This document shows, piece by piece, positions 1 to 8,634 of a stretch of 64,000 bases of DNA. Made by a program: the position numbers and the translations under genes. The notes below the pieces were generated by a model. That model had not been told where the DNA came from and ran no database searches. It worked only from the letters and a program-made list of their open reading frames with translations. The stretch comes from Pseudomonadota bacterium (GTDB taxonomy: Bacteria > Myxococcota_A > Polyangia > Fen-1088), in the NCBI GenBank assembly GCA_031407985.1, contig JANOJB010000130.1, positions 9,045 to 73,044 on the forward strand. Direction: 5' to 3'. The stretch's first letter is position 1. Every line of letters begins with the position of its first letter.

Positions 1-1850
1 CGCGCCACTTCCGCCTGATGCGCCGCCTTTTCGGAGGCTTCCGCTGTCGCCCACTCGTCGGTCGCCTTCGCCAGCGTGTTCCGGTGTGAATCCTCGGACT
101 CGGCGAACTTGGCCTCCAGTTCGATGCGCGTCTTGTCGACCTCGATCCGACCCCGTTCGATCTCCTGCGCGACCCGCTTCCGCAGCGCCTCCAGTTCGTC
201 TTGCCCCTTCCGCAGCTCCTCATGCGCGTCATCCAGCCGGGCCTTCAGACCCTTCTCGCGCTCGATCGATTTCTCTTTGTCCTGCGCCAGTTCCGCGACA
301 CGCTCGTTGGCCGCGACCAGGCTCTTTTCGAAACCCAGCGTCCGCTCTTCAAGGTCACGACGGGCGCGCTCGTGTTCGCGGATCTTGTCCTTGTGATCCA
401 GGATCAGGCGCTCCTTGGCATCCAGCGCGTCGCGAAGATCCAGAATATCCTTTTCCTTCTTGTTAATGATCTCGCGCAGACTCAGCAGGTCGCGCTCCTT
501 CGAGAACGCACCCTGATTCGCCGCCTGCGCGGACCGCTCGCGTTGCTCCTCCTGCTCCTTGCGAACCGTCTGGCGCTCGGCCTCCAGCGAAGCGATGCGG
601 GCCTGCAACTCGGCCGCGCGACCTTCCGCCGCGCGTTTCTCGGATTCCAGAGCCTCCACATGGCCCTGTAGTTCGACGATGCGTTGATCCTTGGCGGCGG
701 TGTCGACGCTTGGCCGCTCGTCGTACAGAACCTCCTCGGGAAGCGGTGGTACATCGTTTCCCAGCCCCGCCAACAAGGCGTCCTCAGCGGCGGACGAAGA
801 ATACCCGCCCATCTGTGGGGGAGGAGTGATCTCGCCAGCCACGGGATCAAAGCCAGAACGCGAGCCGACCTGACGGTCGTGGTCGGTGATTTCCGCGGAA
901 GATGATGCCGTCCTCACGGCCACCGCGGGGGGCTCCTCCCAGGGCAACTTGGCCGGCAGATCTTCGTCGCCCCACAGCGATTGTAGGTCGACCATGTCGC
1001 CTGGCGCGGTCTCGCCGCTGGATAGATTCTCCATCCCCGGGTGGGCTGTCCCCATCGTTGATAGGTCAACCCCAGCCGGAACACCTCCGCCGTCGCCACC
1101 CTCCGTTCCCCCCGCCTCCAGTGCCGCAAACGCCGCCTGGGTTTCCGAATCGAACTGCTCGGCGTCGAAGGGCACCTCCGACAGACCCGCGGCCCTGGCC
1201 GAGGCGTCTTGAAACGGCGAAGGACCTGACAAATCGGCCGATCTCGTGGGCTTTGACAAATCGCCCAGCCTCCCCAGAGAGTCGCTGTCTTCGGAGACAC
1301 CTCCGGATCTATCCCCACCGACAAGAACCACCCCGCCCCCGGATCGGATCGGTTCATCCGCGTCGGAGGATCCTGCCGCCTCTTCGAGATCCTCGTCGTC
1401 CAGCGAGACCTCGGCGATCTCGTCGTCGTCGATCTCGATTTCCGCCGCGTCCTTTTCCGGCACCTCCTGCGGATCACCGATGCCAATCAGGCGATCGGCT
1501 TTTGCCAGGAGGTCCTTCATATCCAGCGGTTTCAGCAAGTACTCCTCGGCGCGCGACTTCAGCTTCCGATGCTGCTCGAACGTCGCCATCGTCTCCTCGG
1601 CGGAGATCAACAACAGCGGAATTTCCCGCAAGCTGGGACTTCGCTTCAGCTTGTTGCAGATTGCGTAGCCGACTTTTCGAGGCTCGACCGACAGGATGAT
1701 CAGGGCTGGGTTGTGGGTACGCGCCCATTCGACGGCCTGCTCGCCGTTCGGAATGCTCTCCACCCGAAACCCGTAGGCCCCGAAGGAACGACGTATTTGC
1801 CCGACGGTAGCCCCGTCCGGTTCAATGCAAAGAAGACTTCGCTGCGCCAT
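1..1850 (-). CDS. FrzS/AglZ-family protein: N-terminal (pseudo)receiver domain, acidic linker and long coiled coil. The 3' end runs off the left edge.
   Basis: Hand translation of the minus strand from the ATG at 1850 (GGGAGGG just upstream) stays open to position 1. It is missing from the ORF track because there is no stop in the window. N-terminus: MAQRSLLCIEPDGATVGQIRRSFGAYGFRVESIPNGEQAVEWARTHNPALIILSVEPRKVGYAICNKLKRSPSLREIPLLLISAEETMATFEQHRKLKSRAEEYLLKPLD, followed by a D/E/G/S-rich linker and a K/E/R/L/A heptad-like region. The + strand ORFs at 76-1699 are low-complexity shadows. Confidence 0.8.
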   Translation of the reverse strand, partial: MAQRSLLCIEPDGATVGQIRRSFGAYGFRVESIPNGEQAVEWARTHNPALIILSVEPRKVGYAICNKLKRSPSLREIPLLLISAEETMATFEQHRKLKSRAEEYLLKPLDMKDLLAKADRLIGIGDPQEVPEKDAAEIEIDDDEIAEVSLDDEDLEEAAGSSDADEPIRSGGGVVLVGGDRSGGVSEDSDSLGRLGDLSKPTRSADLSGPSPFQDASARAAGLSEVPFDAEQFDSETQAAFAALEAGGTEGGDGGGVPAGVDLSTMGTAHPGMENLSSGETAPGDMVDLQSLWGDEDLPAKLPWEEPPAVAVRTASSSAEITDHDRQVGSRSGFDPVAGEITPPPQMGGYSSSAAEDALLAGLGNDVPPLPEEVLYDERPSVDTAAKDQRIVELQGHVEALESEKRAAEGRAAELQARIASLEAERQTVRKEQEEQRERSAQAANQGAFSKERDLLSLREIINKKEKDILDLRDALDAKERLILDHKDKIREHERARRDLEERTLGFEKSLVAANERVAELAQDKEKSIEREKGLKARLDDAHEELRKGQDELEALRKRVAQEIERGRIEVDKTRIELEAKFAESEDSHRNTLAKATDEWATAEASEKAAHQAEVA

Positions 1851-1952
1851 CGGCCCTCCCTAAGGGCGGCCATCCTAGCACCCCAATCCAGGTGCTTAAA
1901 GCTGGATACGACCAGGACAGTCTTGGTTTCCGCAGCTTTTCCGCGACCGCGC

Positions 1953-2777
1953 TCAGTGGAAACTGGCACTGACCAGTTTGGTCAGTGAGTTCTCGTCCAG
2001 ATCGGATGTCACCACATATCCAAGGCCGCGGTCGTGATAGGCCGCCGTCGAGATTCCCGGACCGCTGCGATAGAAAACCTCGCGGCCGTCTACGACCCGA
2101 CGCGACGGCGCGTCGATGGGCGCGGCCTCAGGATCGAAAACCAGCACCGAAACCCGGTGCCCACGCTGATCTTGGTACACCAGGTAGGCCGCCGGACGAT
2201 CCTCGACGTTGACCAAGCGCCCGCCCTTACAGGTGATGTGCCCCGGCATGTTCGGCGCATGAACCGGGAAATCCACGCGTCCGCGGAACCAAGACGCAAC
2301 CGAGCGACAGTCGGGTCCCGCGACATCCATGGGCAACTCGGCCTGATAGGTCCGGCGCGCCTGATCCATCACGAACGAACGCCGACCGCGCACCGTCCCC
2401 GCCACGACCACCAGCACCCCCACCGCCGCAAGAGCCGGAATCAACCGGGGGTACGTCAGCCACGGCCAGCGCGTCGGCGCAATCGGTTGTTCCGCCAGCG
2501 CGACGCGAATGCGGTTGTGCAACATCTGCGGTACCTGGCGGCGCGGCAGATGTCCCCGCACTGCCGCCTTGAACCGTCCTTCGAACCTGGTCATCCCCTT
2601 ACACCGCTCGCAACCCACAAGATGCCGTTCGTACGCTTCTCGATCGGGGCCGGCCAACTCACCGTCAACGTAGGACCGCATGAACTCGGCGGCCTCCGCG
2701 CAGTCGTCGGACGTCATCTCCCCACTGCCCCCCCTACCACCCGGCCCCCTTTTTGGGGCCCCCTCATTCCGACCCAT
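1953..2777 (-). CDS. Membrane anti-sigma factor (zf-HC2 type)
   Basis: 274-aa ORF. Shows the H-x3-C-x2-C signature (YERHLVGCERCKG) after CAEAAEFMRSYVDGEL, one TM (LIPALAAVGVLVVVAGTV) and a periplasmic C-domain. It starts 3 nt after the sigma gene stop; an alternative start (MTSDD) lies at 2717. Confidence 0.8.
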   Translation of the reverse strand: MGRNEGAPKRGPGGRGGSGEMTSDDCAEAAEFMRSYVDGELAGPDREAYERHLVGCERCKGMTRFEGRFKAAVRGHLPRRQVPQMLHNRIRVALAEQPIAPTRWPWLTYPRLIPALAAVGVLVVVAGTVRGRRSFVMDQARRTYQAELPMDVAGPDCRSVASWFRGRVDFPVHAPNMPGHITCKGGRLVNVEDRPAAYLVYQDQRGHRVSVLVFDPEAAPIDAPSRRVVDGREVFYRSGPGISTAAYHDRGLGYVVTSDLDENSLTKLVSASFH

Positions 2778-2780
2778 GAC

Positions 2781-3533
2781 CTACCCCTCCCCCACGACGC
2801 CGCGCTTGCGACGGTATGACTCGAAATCAACGGTCTTGCCGTCGTTATTCCTCACACCGTCTTGGGCACCACCTTGTCCCCGGTCTTGTCCCCGGTCTTG
2901 TCCATAGGCCTGTCCGCTACCTTGACCGCTGGCGTCTACGATGTCCTCGCGCCGAATACGCGCCGGATCAATGACACCCTGATCGACCGCGTAGTCGTAG
3001 AGCAACCTCTGCAGGATCTTGCGGCCACGGTAAAGGCGGCTCATCACGGTGCCCGCTGGACACTCCATGATCTCGGCAATCTCCTTGTAAGAGAAATCCT
3101 CCAGATCGGCGAGGATTACCGCCAACCGGAAATCCTGGGGCACCTCACGCAACGCGCGCTCGACATCCTCGGAAACCAGCCGGCCAAGCAGCGCGGCCTC
3201 CACATCCTGGGTTGCTGCGGCACCGGCCGTAAATTGCTGCACGTTCGCGTCGGACGACTCGGCCTCGTTCAATATCTCCCGCTCGCGTTCGCGCTCTCGA
3301 TACCGGTTGCAAAAGACATTGGTCAGGATGCGAAACAACCAAGCCTTGCAGTTGGTGCCCGCCTCGAAGGTGTCGAAAAAACGGTAGGCGCGCAACACCG
3401 CGTCCTGAACCAAGTCCTCGGCATCGCGTTCGTTACGGGTCAGCCGCAACGCGGCAGAATACAGCGCGGGCATATGTGGCAAAGCCTCACGCTCAAAATC
3501 CGCCCTGGAGGGCCGTTTGCCAAACAACGCCAT
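2781..3533 (-). CDS. ECF-type RNA polymerase sigma factor with a C-terminal G/Q/D/R-rich extension
   Basis: Region 2 ([17 protein letters not shown]...[10 protein letters not shown]) and region 4 HTH ([28 protein letters not shown]) are present. About 70 extra C-terminal residues include [20 protein letters not shown]. Confidence 0.9.
   Translation of the reverse strand: MALFGKRPSRADFEREALPHMPALYSAALRLTRNERDAEDLVQDAVLRAYRFFDTFEAGTNCKAWLFRILTNVFCNRYREREREREILNEAESSDANVQQFTAGAAATQDVEAALLGRLVSEDVERALREVPQDFRLAVILADLEDFSYKEIAEIMECPAGTVMSRLYRGRKILQRLLYDYAVDQGVIDPARIRREDIVDASGQGSGQAYGQDRGQDRGQGGAQDGVRNNDGKTVDFESYRRKRGVVGEG
2868..2927 (-). repeat. Five imperfect 12-bp tandem units inside the sigma-factor tail
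   Basis: + strand units: accaccttgtcc / ccggtcttgtcc / ccggtcttgtcc / ataggcctgtcc / gctaccttgacc. On the coding strand they encode G-Q-x-x repeats. Confidence 0.85.
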
Positions 3534-3598
3534 CGGTTACCTCATTCTAAACACGGGAAGCGGCCCGGCTATTCCGGCCTCGGCTCTTTTGGCGCGGG

Positions 3599-4762
3599 CT
3601 AGGGACAACTAACCTTAACCAGAAAACGAATTCCGGCGCTCTTGTCCACGGGAGCCTGGTAGTCAGCGTACGTTGCATAGAGAACCCTGTCGACCGGCTG
3701 CGTCGAAACAGATCCCGTATGTCCGACCGCCGACGGAAACACGGGCAGGGATCCCTTGCGTTGGCCCAGCGCGTCGAACGGCCACACCTCGGCGCCCGTG
3801 GCTCGGGTGAAGACGACGCCGTACTGCTTCCCCATCCAGCCAAGCCCACCCAGATTCATGGGACCGGCCTCGGGACTAATCAGAACATCGCCCAAGATCA
3901 AATGGGTGGGGAACTGCATGATCGCCGGCTCATACACGCCAAAGAACGTTCCAATCCTGTCGCTGTGCCAAGCCACGCCATATCCGGTGTCGGTCGGAGC
4001 CAGTTCGACGCAACCAGGGGGCTCCGTCCCAACCTGTAAACTAAACGCGGGCTGCGCCGTTCCGGCGGCGCTGATCTCGATAGCCCTGAACTTCGGGGCC
4101 GGGGGTACCCCGGACATGTCGACATAGCCGACGGTCAGGTCACCCTTTCCAGGCGAGAAACGAAGGCAGTTGCCAAAGGCCCCGGCGTCCGCCAGCACCA
4201 AGTCGGAACCGATGGTGCGCCCATCACCACCCAGGATCCGGGCGGAGACATTGGAGCCTCCGGGAACCGCCCACGCCAAACCCGCGTGCATTCCCCCGCG
4301 GCCGGATCCCATCGCAACCTGGGCCGCCGCCGGAATCTGACCTAAAACGGCGGGCGGGGAGGGCATGGGGCTGTCGAACGCGACAGAGAAAGTCATCAGA
4401 TCGACCGCCCCTGTGGGGGGTGATCCCGCCGGAACAAAGGCTACAACCACGTGGTCCATCGGGCCGTTTATGCCGGCAACCGCGAACCAAGGCTGACCAA
4501 CATGCGCCGGAACGGTAACCGCGCGTTCGGCGCCGATCACCCCATCTGTCCCCAAGCTGGCCCAGCGGACATTATCGCCATCGGAGCCTAGCAAAACGAA
4601 ACCGGCGCCCACGCGATCCAAGCGGGCATCGGGCAGCAACGTCAGTGGCGTTCCGTCGATCCTATACTTTTCGATTAGGCAGTTGGACGCCGGCAGTTCG
4701 TCCGAGCACCCGGCGCCAACAAGCGCCAGCGCACCGACAAAGAGAGACAAGCGATGAGACAT
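3599..4762 (-). CDS. Lipoprotein of unknown function (beta-rich)
   Basis: Internal ATG at 4762 preceded by GAGGAG. MSHRLSLFVGALALVGAGC carries a lipobox. The upstream 68 codons of the tracked ORF (to 4966) are Arg-rich and look like junk. Co-directional with the ECF sigma gene 65 nt downstream. Confidence 0.7.
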   Translation of the reverse strand: MSHRLSLFVGALALVGAGCSDELPASNCLIEKYRIDGTPLTLLPDARLDRVGAGFVLLGSDGDNVRWASLGTDGVIGAERAVTVPAHVGQPWFAVAGINGPMDHVVVAFVPAGSPPTGAVDLMTFSVAFDSPMPSPPAVLGQIPAAAQVAMGSGRGGMHAGLAWAVPGGSNVSARILGGDGRTIGSDLVLADAGAFGNCLRFSPGKGDLTVGYVDMSGVPPAPKFRAIEISAAGTAQPAFSLQVGTEPPGCVELAPTDTGYGVAWHSDRIGTFFGVYEPAIMQFPTHLILGDVLISPEAGPMNLGGLGWMGKQYGVVFTRATGAEVWPFDALGQRKGSLPVFPSAVGHTGSVSTQPVDRVLYATYADYQAPVDKSAGIRFLVKVSCP

Positions 4763-5091
4763 GGTTGGGCTACTCCTCAGCGTCCGACGTTGTGACCTTT
4801 GTGATCGTTGACGATTGCGCGTCCGATCTCGGCCCCCTTGAGATCGTCGCACGGTAACACCTCGCCGGGGCGCCAAATTTTGTCCCCGTAATGTACCTCC
4901 GGTTCCACGGAGGCGATAGCGCGACCCTTTCCTCGGCACGGGATCCTCTGCTTGCCGATCTATCAAGCGACCCGGGCGAAACCTCGATCTGAGCCTGGAT
5001 CACTGATTACCCATCGGTGTTGATCTAACCCGCATTCGATCCAACTGACGTCAGCCTTTCGCTGTCGCCCATTCTTGCTTAAGGTGATCCG

Positions 5092-5775
5092 ATGGCTTTT
5101 TCCTGGTTTCGGCGAAAGCAACGGGGTGGCATTCGAACGCGCACCGACTTGCTGAACCATTTGATCGCGGCCAAGGAATACCACCGCTACCTGGAAATTG
5201 GGGTGCGTGATCCCCGCCACAACTTCAAACAGGTGCAATTGGTGGACAAGCAGAGCGTCGATCCCAACCCCAGGCGTCCAGTCACACACCAGATGACGTC
5301 GGATGCGTACTTCGCAAAACTTCAAGCCGAAGACCCGTCGTCCAAGTACGACCTGGTATTCATCGACGGTTTGCATTTGGCCGAGCAGGTGGAGGCAGAC
5401 GTCACCAACTCCCTACAGCATCTCTCCGATGGCGGATCGATCGTGCTTCACGACTGCAATCCGATGACCGAGGATGCGCAAACCGAGGAGTACGACGGGA
5501 AGAAACACTGGAATGGAACTGTGTGGAAGGCGTGGGTCAAGCTTCGGGCAACCCGGGCCGACCTGTCGATGTGGGTCGTGGACATCGACGAGGGCTGTGG
5601 CGTGATTTGCCGAGGCGCCCAGACGCCCTACCAGCTACCTACCCTCGAATACGACCGCCTGTCCTACGATTTTCTGCGCGTGAACCGGCGCGAGGCACTG
5701 AACCTCGTCTCGGTGAATGCCTTCCTCAACCTCATCGGATCAGACCGCCAGGACGCCGGGACAAAAACAGCGTAG
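5092..5775 (+). CDS. Class I SAM-dependent methyltransferase
   Basis: 227-aa ORF with Rossmann-type motifs YLEIGVRDPRHNF, YDLVFIDGLH and GGSIVLHDC. Confidence 0.7.
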   Translation: MAFSWFRRKQRGGIRTRTDLLNHLIAAKEYHRYLEIGVRDPRHNFKQVQLVDKQSVDPNPRRPVTHQMTSDAYFAKLQAEDPSSKYDLVFIDGLHLAEQVEADVTNSLQHLSDGGSIVLHDCNPMTEDAQTEEYDGKKHWNGTVWKAWVKLRATRADLSMWVVDIDEGCGVICRGAQTPYQLPTLEYDRLSYDFLRVNRREALNLVSVNAFLNLIGSDRQDAGTKTA

Positions 5776-5791
5776 TCGGTTGGATAAGCCC

Positions 5792-6847
5792 TCACCCTCT
5801 CTTCAGAACCTTCAGGTAGCGGGGAATCACCGCCTCGATTGAGTAGGCTTCCTCGATTCGGCGTCGCGCGCGGGTCCCAACCTCGCGGCGAAGGTCAGGT
5901 TCGTTGATCAACCTGACCAGTATCTCTTCCCATGCGTTGGCATCGGACGCGAAGAATCCATCGATCCCGTCGGTGACTACTTCTCGATTCGCGCCTACAG
6001 GCGATGCGACCGCAGCGCGTCCCATAGCCATGTACTGAATCAGCTTGTAGGCGCATTTGCCCCGTTCCCCCATTCCCTCGGTCAGCGGCATGAGACCGAT
6101 ATCGATGGCGCCCAGATCCGCGATCTCCGAATCCGGTGCCCACCGCACAAACTCGGGACGCAAAGAGGCCAGCGCGCGTGGAGGCGGGCGATCCGCGATG
6201 ACCCGAAACCGCGCTCCGGTTCGTTCGAGTGCACGGGAGATCCCTGGCATCGCGGCAATCAGATACTGATAACCCACGGCACTGCCAGTCCAGCCGAGCA
6301 CCACGTCCTTGCCGCGGGCGTCGTTCGGCGCCATCTCACGAAAACGGGCGGTGTCGACCACGGTTGGAATCACCGTGGTCTTTTCGGGGACACCCGCGAC
6401 CTCGGCCAGGAACGCGTTCCCCGCGATGACGTGATCGACCATTCCGACAAGCGCGCGAAACTTTCTGCGAGTCGACCAGTTCAAGAAGATCGCATCGTCG
6501 AAATCCAGAACCGTCCGGTGCCCGCGCGCCGCTGTTCTTTCGAGTATCAGCGTGGGCAACTCGCACATTGGACGCTGAAAAAGCACCGTGTCTTCGGTGC
6601 GCAAATTCCTCAATTGGGAGAACCGTTTTAGAAAAGCCCAGGGCAAATACAACGGCCGGAACCTGTTGAACGGCCAGCGCAGGCGGGTGTCACCATAGAC
6701 GCTGGGGTAGGGAATACGCGCCTGGCACGACAGACCCGCCCGTTCCAGTGCCGGAATGATCGCCAGCCCACGAACCCGCGCGGCGGGAACACGTTCTCCT
6801 TGAAGGAAGAAGACGACCCGTCCTTGTGCTGCCTCATCCGAGGGCAC
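5792..6847 (-). CDS. Glycosyltransferase (GT-B, group 1 type)
   Basis: 351 aa. The C-terminal half is typical of Glycos_transf_1 (GWTGSAVGYQYL..., LMPLTEGMGERGKCAYKLIQYMAMGRAAVASPVGANREVVTDGIDGFF). The GTG start directly abuts the flippase stop at 6848. Confidence 0.8.
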   Translation of the reverse strand: MPSDEAAQGRVVFFLQGERVPAARVRGLAIIPALERAGLSCQARIPYPSVYGDTRLRWPFNRFRPLYLPWAFLKRFSQLRNLRTEDTVLFQRPMCELPTLILERTAARGHRTVLDFDDAIFLNWSTRRKFRALVGMVDHVIAGNAFLAEVAGVPEKTTVIPTVVDTARFREMAPNDARGKDVVLGWTGSAVGYQYLIAAMPGISRALERTGARFRVIADRPPPRALASLRPEFVRWAPDSEIADLGAIDIGLMPLTEGMGERGKCAYKLIQYMAMGRAAVASPVGANREVVTDGIDGFFASDANAWEEILVRLINEPDLRREVGTRARRRIEEAYSIEAVIPRYLKVLKRG

Positions 6848-8392
6848 CTAAACACCTCCCAGTTTGCGCCGGACCTTTGTAAAAGCACCGTTCACCAACC
6901 GGCGATCCTCGACCGGCAAGCCCAGCAAAATCATCGTCGTGACGTACGCGATCAATCCTGCGACGATGACCAAGCACACCCGTCCAGCAAGCGAGGAAGT
7001 CGTTCCAGCGACCATGCGTTCGGCCAGGAACGCCACGAGACCCGCCACAAAGGGTTTTGCCACCGATAGGTGAAAGGGATGCACACGGTGTGTCACGGCG
7101 ACCTGAACAAGAACCGCGATCTGGAGCAACGTCACCGTTCCCAGTGCCGCGATTGCCGTACCGACCACACCAAAACGCGGAATCAATATGAGGCACGCGG
7201 AAACATTCACCACGACCGCAACCGCATTGTTCGCCAAGAGAATGCGCGACCGACCGCTGACCAGGAGTATCCACGCCGGCAATGCCAAGGTTGCGTTCAC
7301 CAACTGTCCTACCGCTAGCACCGCGAGGGCCGTGGCCCCTTCCGTGAATCCAGGCCCGTAAAGCGATAACAATTCTCCGCGCAACACGATGACGGTGGCC
7401 GCGATGGGAACGGCGGCGCTGGCCACCCAACGTGTGATCAGCACCAAGTTGGCCCGCAGTCGTTCCCTCTGGTTCAAATGCACCGCTTCCGAAAACATGG
7501 CCGCTGCGATGCTGTCGAACGCGTACCGCATGTTTGCGATAACGCGGGTGATGAACTCGGAGGCGGCGTATACGGCGGCCGCTCTGGTTCCCACGAACAT
7601 GGTGAGTAGAACCACGTCGGCCCGCTGCATGATCGCGTTCAACATGTCTGCCGCGCCGAAGGGAACCGAGAATCGGGCGAAACCAGGCAGAGAGGGAGCC
7701 CCGATCGCACGCCGCAGCTCGCCGCGCCCGAAAACGCGTCCCACGGTGACCAGTGCCAGGGTCAGCGTAGCCGCTGACGCCACTACGTAGGCCAGGGCAA
7801 GATGGGGCAGGCCGCGCCCCAAGGCCGCGGCGATGAGTCCCGCGCCGAGCAGAAACACCGGTTCACCCAGCCCGCGCACTATCAGATTCGCGCGTGTCGC
7901 GCGCGCCGCAAGACTGGCCTGGACCAGGATCCACATGCAGCCCGTGAAAACGGCGGCCGGTGCCATCAGGCGCAGCGCGACCGCCATGCCGGCTTCACCG
8001 GAAATGCGCGCAACCGGATCGGCGACGATTCCCAGCAACAGCGCGAAGCCCCCAGCGATCACGATACACATGCGCAAGGCGGTTCCCATGGCGCTGCGTA
8101 CCAGATCGTGTTCCCCGCGAGCCCGGTGACCCGCGACATATCTCAGCATCGCCTTGTCGGCTCCGCCCGTTCCCCCGCGTGTCACCATCTCGAGAATGGC
8201 GGCGCTGGCTTGATAGGTTCCGAATACGGCCTGACCGAACAGCCGCGCAAGGACGACGTGGGAAACCGTCAGAAGCGCTTGACCAGAGATGGTCAGCACC
8301 TGAATCGCACCGCTACGCGCGGCATGCTCGACGTCGGACTGGGGCGACGTGGATGGCGCCACGGGTGACGCATTCGGGTCAGGCTGACTCAC
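6848..8392 (-). CDS. Wzx/MOP-family polysaccharide flippase
   Basis: 514 aa, highly hydrophobic and multi-TM throughout. N-terminus (GAIQVLTISGQALLTVSHVVLARLFGQAVFG) is typical of polysaccharide biosynthesis (Polysacc_synt) transporters. Confidence 0.8.
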   Translation of the reverse strand: MSQPDPNASPVAPSTSPQSDVEHAARSGAIQVLTISGQALLTVSHVVLARLFGQAVFGTYQASAAILEMVTRGGTGGADKAMLRYVAGHRARGEHDLVRSAMGTALRMCIVIAGGFALLLGIVADPVARISGEAGMAVALRLMAPAAVFTGCMWILVQASLAARATRANLIVRGLGEPVFLLGAGLIAAALGRGLPHLALAYVVASAATLTLALVTVGRVFGRGELRRAIGAPSLPGFARFSVPFGAADMLNAIMQRADVVLLTMFVGTRAAAVYAASEFITRVIANMRYAFDSIAAAMFSEAVHLNQRERLRANLVLITRWVASAAVPIAATVIVLRGELLSLYGPGFTEGATALAVLAVGQLVNATLALPAWILLVSGRSRILLANNAVAVVVNVSACLILIPRFGVVGTAIAALGTVTLLQIAVLVQVAVTHRVHPFHLSVAKPFVAGLVAFLAERMVAGTTSSLAGRVCLVIVAGLIAYVTTMILLGLPVEDRRLVNGAFTKVRRKLGGV

Positions 8393-8594
8393 GCGGGCAT
8401 CCCCTCACGCCGGCGGCGACCACGGGAACGCGCTTGTTGAAGGCTGGCCGATCGCGAGCCTGCTTCATCGTTCCCGACATTGGAACGGCTGATCAGGCAA
8501 GCCGCGAGCCAATCAGATCCCGCGGCACATGCCGTTGCAAGCACGACGATCCCAAAACCTCGGCTTGGTGAAAAGCTACCACCTGGTCTTTTTT

Positions 8595-8630
8595 CACCGG
8601 CACCGTCACCGGCACCGTCACCGGCACACC
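8595..8630. repeat. Three 12-bp tandem units immediately 3' of the Omp85-like stop codon
   Basis: caccggcaccgt / caccggcaccgt / caccggcacacc, preceded by a T6 run on the + strand. No inverted partner, so it is not a hairpin. Confidence 0.8.
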
Positions 8631-8634
8631 GGGG

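Noticed and set aside
76-1699. Several long + strand ORFs (e.g. 902-1699, 265 aa Pro/Arg-rich; 201-671; 1246-1668)
   Set aside because: Their composition is low-complexity S/R/P/A, typical of the antisense frames of a GC-rich coiled-coil gene. The minus-strand frame from 1850 gives a coherent receiver plus coiled-coil protein.
2868-2927. Short tandem repeats (here, at 8595-8630 and at 47312-47335) considered as possible CRISPR or minisatellite arrays
   Set aside because: The units are only 12 bp, directly abutting with no spacers, in 2-5 copies. No cas genes are present, so these are not CRISPR.
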